Shown here: piece after piece, positions 27,400-39,211 of the stretch | Position numbering within the stretch: position 1 is the first letter of the stretch | How the letters are laid out: each line of letters begins with the position of its first letter | Source: Hydrurus foetidus | Lineage: Eukaryota | Length of the DNA: 50,586 bases | Assembly: GCA_900617105.1 (NCBI GenBank) | Contig: UYFQ01000309.1 | Location: 1-50,586, forward strand | Reading direction: 5' to 3' | Notes under the pieces: model-generated | The model's input: the letters and a program-made list of their open reading frames with translations, nothing else | Database searches by the model: none | Told to the model about the DNA's origin: nothing | Made by a program: the position numbers and the translations under genes

Positions 27400-27580
27400 T
27401 TGTGATGTGTTGTGTTGTGTTGTGTTGTGTTGTGATGTGATGTGATGTGTTGTGATGTGTTGTGATGTGATGTGAAGCGATGTGATGTGTTCTGTTGGGA
27501 TGGGATGGGATGAGATGAGATGTGATGTGATGAGGTATGGTGTGATGTGATGTGATGTGATGAGATGAGATGAGATGTGT
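27400..27580. repeat. Pentanucleotide microsatellite (TGTGA/TGTGT/TGAGA/TGGGA)n
   Basis: Directly visible 5-nt periodicity. Confidence 0.9.
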
Positions 27581-28781
27581 AAGGTTAGTGTGGGGACACA
27601 GTCAAGAGTGTATGTGTAGGTAAATTGACACTCATACGTACGTGTCTTGACAGCAAGTGGAAATCGTGCTTACTAGCCTATACGTGAGAAAAATTATGCG
27701 TGTGCTCTACTCTCCAACGCTATGTGCAGTGTAAATGAAATGCATCACACAACATACCTTTCACATATCTTTGAAGCTTGAAGTACAGTCCAATAGGAAC
27801 TTGGACCTCCAATCTGGAATTAATGTTACATAATGTACTTTACTGCACTGTATAGACAATAAGCTAAATGCCTATACAGTACATACAGTCATTTGAGTAG
27901 AGTGCCTTAGCGTGTAATTCTTCTCCTGTAAGACGCCTTCAGGCAATGAAGTGAGCACAAGTAACTAATTTCATCATCGAGAAATTAGCTACGGAGAAGA
28001 CAAAGAAATAGTCATTGTACATCTGCACCAAGTACGAGTTGAATTCGATCTACCGTAATTTTCTACAAAAATTGAAAATTCTCTTTGTTATTGAGAAATT
28101 CTAGTTGGGTCATTTTTCCATAATTGGTGTTATCGAGTTTGATAAATTGTAAGTTGGTGGTCGATTTCGTATTTGACCTGCGGGCACAAACAATTGGTAC
28201 TCAAGTACCAAGATTGAGTGGAGAATGAAGGTCGAGAAATAAGTAATTGATCTTCTGCACTACACATTTGTCATTTGATTTGTCCACTGCTGCCTGCGTT
28301 AGGTTTATACCCTCTTCTTGATGTACTCTGAATAGATCAGCTATTCCATCTTGTAGGCTTATCGATATAATCCAACAGTACAGATCTAAAAGAATATTAC
28401 GCTGAGGTGGAAGTGACCACGCTGCAGGTGACATTTTTTCTCCCGTCTGTCGCGTGTGTTGATGTTTCACTTACGCTTTCATGTCTGTCCTCTTCATCGC
28501 AGAGATGTGACTCCAGACTTTTCGAACGCAATATAAGTGAACAATTACTGCTGACCCCCACAGGTTACGCGCATTCTTTCTTAAGTCGTTGTCTCAAGAA
28601 AGATAAGAGGAGGTCATGTGGCAAATCGAAATGTAGTCTAAATTATGACTCAAATCAAATGCGAGGATCGAATCAAGATTTCGATAAATTGTAAAGATTG
28701 TGTTCTTGAGAGGCTAATCACATGTCTAACGGAATTGTAATTTTGTAAATGTGCAGAATTTCTCGCGTAGCCCTGGCGGGT

Positions 28782-29181
28782 TTAGTCTCTGTGGTGGTAA
28801 GCCTGTCTTTTATACTCGTATTCAGCCCACAGGTAGACAATGACTCCGACACCTAATCCTGGACCAGCTTCCATTGCGGCATCTCTCAATTTGTTAAATA
28901 TTTTGGTTCCCATGTCTTTGAACATTGGGGTGATAATGTTTTGTTCGAAAGGTGACAAATGCTGAGTGACTTGTCCATCGACGGCATAATGCTTCTTCCA
29001 TAACTGTAAGTTTGATGACGACGCGGTTTAATTTTGTTGTTGACTATACGTAGAGAGCTGATACGACTCAAATTAGTTGTGGATACAGTTTAATTATACT
29101 GACCTTCTTCAGGGCGGGGTGAATGTCATTTCTGTCTGGGCCAGCACCGGCCATGCGCATGATAGATCTTCTGAATGCCAT
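28782..29181 (-). CDS. QCR8: Cytochrome b-c1 complex subunit 8 (exons 29181-29104, 29003-28782; 99 aa)
   Basis: Spliced product MAFRRSIMRMAGAGPDRNDIHPALKK|LWKKHYAVDGQVTQHLSPFEQNIITPMF...GVIVYLWAEYEYKRQAYHHRD*. It has the LSPFEQ motif and a single C-terminal TM; the intron is a 100-nt GT-AG. Confidence 0.85.
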
Positions 29182-29982
29182 GATGTAATTACAAAGATTT
29201 CGATGGGAGTGCTGGTGATTCCTAGCTGGTCGTTGGATTCTGATTAGCGAAGATATTTGAGAATCTTAGAATGTCATATACCAATGATATCGACATTATC
29301 ATCCAGTCTCGTGACAGCTGCAAGGTGCAGAGGTAGTTCGGCTGGAACTTGGGTCAGATTCTTCGACTTTGTGGGTAGCTGTGGGCTGTGGGTAGCTGGT
29401 AGTAGACTGTTCGGTAGATGGTAGATAGTAGATATACAGTTTTATACACCATTCTAGTGTACTTTACAATGGACAAGAGTCACTTTCAAGTGAACTAACT
29501 TGAGTATTTGCTAAGGATTTGGACTTTGAACCTAACTGACACAATTATACTCCGGAGGCGACAGTGTCATAATTGCGAAGGAGAACACCTTCTTCCACAG
29601 TTGACAGCTTCCTTACATCGGACAACACACATGATCGGATCTGACGAAATAGCAGTAGTAGATTGTTGCGGATGACGACCAGTTATGCACCAATATCGGA
29701 TAACGACCAATATCTGGAAGATGACAATTATCGACTTCTCGCGCAACAGGTAATGAAATGCGGTTATCGATGCACACGTGATTTCGCTACTTTAAATACT
29801 GCAAATTCTGTATTCTGTACTCCGCGAAATATTCCGACTACAGCATTTTGGTGGACTATACAGCTCCTCCAGAATCATCATCAACAAATTTGGTCAGAAT
29901 TAAATACCGTTGCTTTAGAGATATCCAGTCTGGGTATACATGTAAGATATCACATGTGACCAGTATACTCTGAAGTGTCAAG

Positions 29983-30049
29983 AAACTGTGCTGGTAATAA
30001 AACTGTGCTGGTAATAAAACTGTGCTGGTAATAAAACTGTGCTGGTAAT
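29983..30049. repeat. 17-bp tandem repeat x4 (AAAACTGTGCTGGTAAT)
   Basis: Head-to-tail units without spacers. Confidence 0.9.
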
Positions 30050-30887
30050 CGCTGAATGCACAAAAGAATGCAAATACAGATATGGATTCTGTGATTCTTC
30101 GAGGAGACCCCTTCACGTTGCAGGGGATGGATGTCTTCAATGCACACCGCACAAGATACATCCGACAATCATGACCATTGCACTATAGAAAAACCTAAGC
30201 ACTCTAATTCATTTTATTTCTTTTCCAATTATGTAATGCTTTATTTTTCATGTGAAATAAAGGTCACAATAAATGACGCAAATATGTAGGTTGAAATAGT
30301 GTCGCAGAAGAAAGATGAGTTCTCAGTAATGACGACACTATTAATTTACAAGTTAAGAATGAATATTTTGAGTTGATCGAATCAAAATGGCAGAAAAAAC
30401 ACGAAATTGCGATTAAGATCAACTCATACATTATTCAGCACTATTATATTAAACAATATGATTAGCTATTCATGAATGAATCTAATAAATTGATGTTCAA
30501 CTTTTCTTCATGTCACACCACTTATTCAAACAACAAATTAGAATCGGCCATTTATTACAAATTAACATTTTTTGACGGACATAATGCTTAATGGAACGCC
30601 AAGTTTTTTCAACGGACACTTAATAGATAAATATTCATGTGGATTGACCAACAAAGTTATACTAGTTACTACAAAACAGTTTTCCTGCCTTTCTGCCATC
30701 TCGTCAAATCAGGTGTTCTGCTCATTTAATATCAAAAAGTAACGCAATAAATTCGACAGATTGAAGAACTACATTAACTCTTCATGCGAATTCATGTAAA
30801 CGTTGCAGGGCAAAAAAGCTGTAAAATTCTTCAAAATTAGGCTTAATTTAACAGATTCACGGGCCGTGTGATTCTTAATTTGGTTGA

Positions 30888-33800
30888 TTACATATGCAGC
30901 AATTCGTCAGATGGATTTATTTTCTTGCTGACGCAGCCGAAAGGACCAGGGGAGAGTTCGTACAGTACGTGCTTTTCGAACATTTGGTAAGGAGCATCTT
31001 CAAGCTAGAGAATAGTGAAGAAATAATAATGTGCGAGAATTGAAATGAACCAGATTAGAAAGTAGATGCGAAGAAGTGGAGATGATGAGATGCTATGAAT
31101 AATGTCTCGAAATTACGCAAAGAATTCTCATTTTAACACAGTGAGATTCTTCTACGGATCCATACTTTATCTAAACTTTGTTCACTCAAAAGTAGCAGTG
31201 AAAAAGAAAGATCCCCAAAATGAAAGAAGGATCAAGTTGAATGAATTTGATTAGGATCACCTTTATGTCCATGAAATACGCGTAAATGCATCTGAGAACT
31301 GCTAGATGGCACACTATAAGCACACTGTATCTCTGTCTCTCTAGCTCTAAAATGGGAGAAAGGAGTGAGGAGAAAAATCAAAGCGTAAGAAAGTGTCAAA
31401 TTGTAGATGAGAATTTAGTAGAGCAGTGAGTGAAAAGTAAGAAGAATAGAAAAGCCTCAAAATTTAATGGAGAGGGAGGGGAGAAAGAAATGGACGAAAG
31501 GGAAGAGGGGAGTTGTAGTCTAGTGACATCGTTATGCAAAATATCAGAAGCGTAACTGTTTCATTATCTTTATGGGTATCTGATCTTTATGAACGTCTAG
31601 TCAATACATTTCATATGTAAAAATTCATTCTATATTTGAATCAAATTAAGTCGAGTACTTACCGACAATAATTGGCCGTAACCTTTCAATGACATCCCGG
31701 TAAGATTCACCGTGTATGCCGGGATAGCGATAGTCGAATTTGTTCTCTAGTCTCTTCTCATATTCTTCCGGAAATTTTATTCTTATATCGGAGGGTTTCT
31801 ATATGCAGCAAGGTGGAAAATAAGGTAGAGAATGAGATAGAGAATGAGGTAGAGAATAGATAAGCATAGGGGAGTATAGTGGGGAGAAGGGTGTGACGTT
31901 TGAGGGGTGGAGATGTTCTAGAATAGAGAGGGCAGTGTTGGAGGAGAGGAAGGATCATGATGTGAAGGGAAGTGGAGTAGAGAGAGAGAAATGATGACTG
32001 GAGATGAGGCGGACAGGCACAACACAGAAGGATTCAGGTCTAGATATGCGATATTGCTGCATTAAGGTGGATGAATACTACGAGAACGACAACAGCAATT
32101 TTACTATCGCTTCTGTATAGCAATCAAAGCTAGGAGAATCGTCTTAAAATACAAAATATGCTGCGAAAACAAAACACGGTTAATTCGCTGCTAATCTGTT
32201 CACACACTGCTGGCAGAATTTTTTGGGTTACAACATGACAGATCTGAATTGTGGCAATGGACGATATAGTGCAGGGAGTTGAAGCTACATGAGAACGACT
32301 CACCATGCCCTGTAAGTCCCCCCCTCTCAGTTCGTTCAGTAAAGGAGTATTATAGCACCTAAAAAGCATTCTTAAATGTGACACTGTCTCGGTATGCAGA
32401 CTAGAAGTCCCGGTTAGCACCATTAATTCACTTCCATAGTCCCCCTCAAGAGGTGAACTTTTTGGCCTTGACGATCCGCTCATTTGATAATTAACTTTTA
32501 AATATCTTCCTAAATCAACGCCAAATTCTCTTCCTGCTTCGGACAGTTTGGAATTTGAAGATCCCTGGTCCCCATGACCAGCTAGTCTTTCCGCGGACAC
32601 ATTTGGCGGTAATGCGGCCAAACGCTCTGCACTGCTACTACTGCGAAATCTGCCACTTTGACTGAATCCGGCCAACCCGGCTAATCCGGCTTGAGTTGGA
32701 CTGTGTGGTGTTGCACTGCTGCTGACTGTTTCCGCATTCAGAGCGATATAAATCCGTCTAACGATGAAGATGGTGTTGTGAAGACGGATTTTGGGTCAGG
32801 GTTTGTTAATTTTGAATATTCAGATCTGACTGATTAAGGTGTGACAATGCATACAAATGACCAACAAGATGACTACGATTGGTTGCTGATGTACGAAATC
32901 AGAGTATTATTCTTGCTATACTATGATAGTGATATCATGGATGGATTGCTGATGTACTGAAATAATGTTGTTACAAGTGGAGAAGAGTGTGGGTCAGTAT
33001 GATACTGTCCAATACGTCAAGAGACTTGAAAAACAAATACACTGTAACTTCTTCGACTTTGGATGGAGACTCAATGTGGTGCAAAGTAACCTATGGTGAC
33101 ATGGCGTATTGCGGCATGATGTACCTGGGCTGTATGTGAATGTTCTGTAGATATAATGCTACTTGACTTGGCAGATATCCAGTGCAATTCCGCGTGATAA
33201 CTTTCTCACCGACATTCACCATCTTTATGTAGCTGACATGGTTGTTGTCTTCATCATCTTGTATAGGCTGAGAAAATATACATTGTTGAGTGTGTTTTTT
33301 TGTAAGAATTTACACAGTGAATGCCCCCCCGCCCATTGAGAGTGGTAAATATCGTATTGGTATTGCAATGAGTTGGTAGAATGCAAAAAAAAATTTAATT
33401 TACTGCTCACATAAATACTCATCAGTAAAATGCCGATCAATTTTTCAATTGTGTTCAGTCGGCTCATAATGACAAGCGATGTCAGAGCCTAAGCCTACCT
33501 CATAGACTTGCTCATAAGCTTTCACTCTGTCCATGAAATCGACCAATGCTTTCTGGTGGTCCATTTGCTTGTAGTCGTCATTGTTCAGTTTCAAAGCGTA
33601 GTTTTGGGCTAAAACTTTCGGATCATCGCATATCGACTGCAATAGATATGATGACAGTAATGATGAAGTTATTGAGGGTTAAGATGTAACTAAATGCTTT
33701 CCACCATCTGCATCATGTCTCGAATAGTATGGGATGTTGCAAAGACTCTATGTTATACCTCTATGAACAGAAGAAAGACCCCCTCCTGTCGCGCTTTGTT

Positions 33801-34361
33801 TGCCAGTGTCAATCTCCTGCTGATCGTTGTGTTTGTAGCATCGAAAATGGCAACTCTTCTTTTATTGCCGTCAGAAGACTTCAACCATTTGTACATGTAC
33901 TCCTGAACAGTCATAGCAAGTTCCTCTCTAACTCTATGAGCATCCTGGTTGCCTGCTGAGAAAAAGTTGGAGTCCGCCGACGCGAAGCCCATCTCTCGCC
34001 TATATGACCCAACATTGAAGAGCTCACATTCAAATCCGATCCATTTGAGATACCTCATGAGCATTTTTGATATGTAACTCTTTCCTCTTGCAGGTAGACC
34101 AACCATAGCAATAACAAGTGGCTCCTCAAAACCCAGCGCAGTCCACGTACTCGGCGACTGGCCTAGGGGGCCATCATCTACACCCACTGGCAAAGTGACA
34201 TTCATCTTCAGTAAATTATCCTTCACTTTGTCGTTCAGCGCTAGTTGCTCCTTTCTCCGCGCACCGACGCTGTGGATAGCAACTGCGGCAGTTATGACAG
34301 GAATTGCAGCCAAGGTCACTATTGGACCTAGGCTCTGTATGCCTTCGAAGATGTCATTCAT
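30888..34361 (-). CDS. PFKFB: 6-phosphofructo-2-kinase/fructose-2,6-bisphosphatase family protein, about 7 exons
   Basis: MVGLPARGKSY, FNVGSYRR, IFDATNTT, NIHIQPR, YRYPGIHGESYRDVIERL, CHLAVLRCIYAYFM and PGPFGC; TAA at 30888-30890. Confidence 0.92.
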
Positions 34362-34795
34362 AGTGCTTGTTTGCTGTCTCGATTATGATTTCCAAGTTGT
34401 AGCAGATTTTCCGGAGTTGTCGAGACCTATGACAAGGATACGCGCTGATTTCCTAGACATGCCGAATGCAGCTTCTATCATCTGAAAAAACCCCATCGTT
34501 AATATTCAGGATAAGACTCTTGTTCGTTATCGGTGGAGAGCAAACAGCGAGATTTTGGAATACTGAAATAGAAAACAATCCAGTCTCTATGCTGGGACAG
34601 CTCGACTTTAACTGGGACTGACGACTCCACGATATAACTCTGCCCCATAAGACATATATTTTTAACCGTTTACCTACTCATATACTCCTTTCCCCAACGA
34701 ACACCAAACTTGAAACAATTAGGGCTGCTTGCCGATTGAGATGGGGGTCGGCTGCGAGTTGCCGACTTGCCGCCAGTTTATACGGGGGGTCACTT

Positions 34796-35166
34796 TGTTG
34801 TGAAAGTGGACACAAAGGTGATACGCGTACGTCTGTACGGTCGTTCACACGCTCCCCACTGCTAGACTCTCCGACTGCTTCTCTGTTGGCGCGCTCCGGC
34901 GGTCAAGATCACACGAGTTGGCTACGAGTTTTGGGTTAATTAGCACTGCCGCAACGTAGCAGTTATCGGTGGTTGTGGTCTGAATTGCAGTGATGTTGTA
35001 GTAGTTGCAGTTGTACTTCTACTACGTGTACATCACATCGTTTGCAGTACGAGTTTGAACGTGAGTGTTCGTACGTGTACATAATTTAAACGACATACAG
35101 ATAATAGCATCACAATTCATATACGGAATATCATAAGTACGGTTTTATATAAGTGATATTACTACA
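34796..35166 (-). repeat. 3' LTR of copia-2
   Basis: Direct repeat of 44301-44671; preceded on the minus strand by purine-rich ATAGGGGTG. Confidence 0.95.
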
Positions 35167-35185
35167 CACCCCTATGATGTGTTAA

Positions 35186-38100
35186 TGTACCACGACAAGC
35201 CTGAAATATCCAGGCGGTAAACCACCCTCTAAAAAGAGAGAAACACACGGATCTTCCGAGTATCCAAACAAGAAGAGCATATTGCATGGTCAATCTTCTT
35301 CGAAGAGCAACGTCTCTTGTGTCCATACAATGTCGACATGTAACGATACTCAGATGGAGATCGAGGGAGTAGCTACCCAAGATCCCTGTGGTGTTGTAGG
35401 TTGTGAGCGACTGAATAGTGTCACTACTATTCTCGCAAAACGTACGGGTGATACACCGCACCTAGGTGGCGACCAGATTCCCACCCCTACAAACACTTCT
35501 GAGGACTCTGATACCTTAGACTATGTCACTGAGCCTTTATGGCCCAGTGGTGTCGCACTCTCAGTTGACGAGATTGACGATGGCAAGATAGATACGTTTG
35601 CCCCCTTCTTGGCGGAGAAACCTAGTCAAGATGACTTGCCCAAAGGCCAGAGGATTTCCTCAAAGAGATTACCTTTGAAGGAGATGAAAGCTTTCAAAGG
35701 AAGCTCCGAGAGCTCTGTTCTGAATATTCAGACATCTTCAGTGATCAATTAGCTGAGAAACCAGCGTCACTTAAACCCTTTGAGATTAACATCCCAATTG
35801 AGTTGTGGGAAAAAGACGAAAACCGTACGCCGGTACGTCCCCAGTCATCAACAAAAGAGGTTGCTCTCAAAGAAAACCTTGACGAGATGCTTGCATCAGG
35901 GTTATAGAGCGATCAGATGCCGCTTATTACAGTCATCCTGTAATAGTAACTAAGTCACCCGGTAAATTTCGAACCTGCATCGATTACCGGCCACTTAATA
36001 GGTGTCTTAAGCCGGCCTCATTCCCGTTACCAAATATCAAACACCTCTTTGAGAGGATCGGTAATAAAAACCGGATATTTTTGTGTGATGGATTTAACCG
36101 CTGGTTACCATCAAGCACCGTTACACCCCGCACACCGCATTTTTACGGCATTCATATGCTTTGCGGGGTATTTCAGTTTACGAGACTGCCCTTTGGTCCG
36201 TGTCGAGCCCCCTCTTACTTTCAAGAGCAGATGGTAACGGCGGTCCTCTATGGCCTTATCTATCATTGTTGCGAGATCTAAGACTTGTATAGTATATGCC
36301 GTTTCGACCTTCCACGTATTGACGTTGGCAGTTTTTGCGTTTAGACAAAGATGGTTTAGACTCATGTCAAAAAAATGCCGAAACAGGCCTTAAACGTATT
36401 CTATACCTAAAAATTGGCCTTTCAGGTCATTTTTAGGTTTAGCGAAGAAGATTTTCGACAGTTTGTACCAATATACCCAAAAATTTAACCTTACTCAGCC
36501 AATGCAGGATAACTATTTTCGATTGATCATTGCACCGAGACGCTGCTGTAGTTTGGCTCAACGAGCACCACTCAAAAGTTGAACTCATTATTCTCAAAGT
36601 TGTCCATTAATGTACTTCATTGATGACAATAAGTTAGACATCCGCTTGTATACAGACGCATCCGACTTTGGTATCGGTGGAGTCTTATTCCAAGTTGTTG
36701 GTGCCATTTGGCAACCAATTGCTTTCATTAGCAAATCGTTGACACCCACACAAATAAGGTGGTCTACGATACAAAAGGAGGCTTATGCCATCTTCTTTTG
36801 TTGTACACAACTCGATTATCTAATCAGAGATCGTACGTTCACTATCCATACGGATCATTTGAACATAACATATATGAAACAAAATCCTACCTCAATGGTG
36901 GCGAGATGGTTCATTGCTATGCAAGAACTAGATTTTACCGTGGTATTCGTACCCGGACTTCGAATGTTTTGGCAGACGCACTGTCAAGGCTTTGTCCTAA
37001 TTTGACAGAAATTGCTCTGCCATTACGAACAGAAGAATTGGAATTACTTCCTACTTCATCATCTTCTTTCACTGTATCAGCTCTGACGGTCATAGAACCA
37101 GCTTCAGACGATCAGTTAGAATACATTCAAATGTGCCACAATGCAATTGTCGGTCACAACGGCGTAGACCGTACCCTTACTCGGTTGTTTAGTTTACAAC
37201 AAGTATGGAAACACATGAAACAACATGTACGTACGTTCATACAGAACTGTCCGTGTTGTCAAAAGTTGAGCGCAAAAGATCCTAAGATCAATGCGTCTCA
37301 CTTTGCAACTTCAAATTATGCTATCTTCGATACGCTAAATGTTGACTTTATTGGTCCATTTCCTGACAAAGGTTATATCCTAGTCATCATCGATACATTC
37401 ACACGATGGACAGAATTGTTCTGGTGTGCAGACGCAGATGCTAAATCAGCAGCTGACTGTTTGCTTGCGCATTTTGGTCGATTTGGTTCACCAAATATGA
37501 TTAGATCTGATCGAGGATCACATTTCGCAAATGATTTGATCAAAGATTTCTTAGATCTTTGTGGGACACCACATAATCTCACCCTTGCTTACTCGAAACA
37601 AGAGAATGCAATTGTTGAGAGAGTCAACAAAGAGGTGAATAGACACTTAAGAGGTTTAGTTTTTGATAAACAAACCCTTGAGGGATATGCTAAGTCAATC
37701 CCATTCGTGCAACGTATCATTAACGGTTCCGTTAATAGACGCACAGGTGTCTGCCCCGCTCATTTACTGTTCGGGAACAAACTTGATTTGAATCGTGGTA
37801 TTCTCACTCCACACTTAAGTGTTGGAACACATTCAAGATCAACGTACATATCAGATTTGATAAGTGTACAAGACAAAGTACTTGAAACTGCGGTTCAAAC
37901 TTTGTTAACGGCGGATGCTAAAAATGCCGCGTCAGCTGAATCAGCGACTGTGTTCCCCGTGGGGTCATATGTCTTATGCCGATACACTGATCGACCTCCA
38001 ACTCGATTACATACTAAGTGGCATGGCCCTTACTGTATTGTCTCCTTAAGGGGTCCGAGTATGTTATCGCTAACCTTGTTAACCACAAGACACGAAGTGT

Positions 38101-38957
38101 TCACGTCAAAAATTTGAAGATATTCAATTATGACCCAGAGGTAGATATACCTGCTGACACTGCTCGTCGCGATTACATGGAGTTCGTGGTTGAGAAAGTT
38201 CTGGGTCACGCTGGTGACACCAAGAAACCGACTACAATGTCGTTCCATGTTAAATGGCTCAACTACGATGACTCTCATAATACATGGGAGCCGTGGAAAT
38301 CACTACGGCTCTGTGAAGCACTCCATGATTATTTACGGGATAACAAAATGAAACATTTCATTCCCAGAAACATTGAGACATCAGCCTAAGTTGCTGATCT
38401 CGAACGTATTATCTTTTGAAGATTTTTCCTAATTTTTCCCTCTATGAGGTTTTTATGGTTTTAGTCAGTAAAAATCTGACATAATTACGTATCGAGGTCT
38501 CGTGCGCAAGTACATGGTACTAGGCACCCACCTTATCACCTTGACCGACCCACCACCCAGTCTATTTGTATAGATTTTTTTTTATTTTATTTTTATTTTT
38601 ACATTTTTAATGTATTATAAGATTTACATATTTGTAATCTTTTTCTTTATTCTCCGTTTAGTTAGTTTTAGTTGTATTAGATTTTTGTACAAAACGTGGT
38701 GGTCGCGTCATAGGTTCTTTTTCTTCAGAAAAAAAGATAAGTGGGGGTGATGTGGTCGGACCGGCTATACCGGGCCTACGGGCCGTACCGGACCTTGTCC
38801 CGATCCATCCGATCCTACCGCCTACTGTACACATACATCTCTAGCGCAGCTGCTAGCTAGCTCTAGCCTACTCGTAGAAGTTATCCTAGCTTCTAGCTTA
38901 GAGCCTGTAACTAACTAACACCTTTCCTCTATCGACCTACCTCCTATCTGGACTACA
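35186..38957 (+). mobile_element. 5'-truncated Ty3/gypsy chromovirus (RT-RH-IN-chromodomain, PPT, 207-bp 3' LTR at 38751-38957); left boundary approximate
   Basis: RT: MDLTAGYHQ, LPFG. RH: YTDASDFGIG. IN: HNG..CPCC, VDFIGP, SDRG, VER. Then the GPY motif and chromodomain VKWLNY..SHNTWEP. LTR TGTGGTC...GACTACA. Frameshifted. Confidence 0.92.
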
Positions 38958-39211
38958 TTGATCGGAAATTAATCGTTTGGGTTGGTAGAATTTAGTAGAG
39001 ATAGATGTAGTTGAAGGTTGGAAGTCTTGGTCTTGGTCTTGAGTGTTCAGGTCTTGGAGGTTGGTGTTGTAAGGTAGAAGGTTTGAGATTGAAAAAGGAG
39101 AATTGATTCACACATAAATATAATACAATGCATCAGGATGATGTTGGCCAAAGTGGTAGAAAAGATTTAGGAAAAGCGTAGGTAGAAGGAATTATTTATG
39201 GAGTGGAATAC

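Noticed and set aside
27750..28470. Exon-like minus-strand segments
   Set aside because: Splice-like signals are present, but no stop-free gene model or recognisable domain could be built.
29983..30049. CRISPR-like array
   Set aside because: Head-to-tail 17-mers with no spacers, no cas genes and a eukaryotic context.
29950..30168. RING-like CAVC...H..C peptide
   Set aside because: The ligand pattern is incomplete and the ORF runs into the tandem repeat.
36280..36600. Highly divergent or rearranged RT segment in chromovirus copy 1
   Set aside because: It reads as an interleaved mosaic of two offset registers of the copy-2 sequence (50080-50490) between near-identical flanks. This is typical of a consensus/polishing artefact around an indel.
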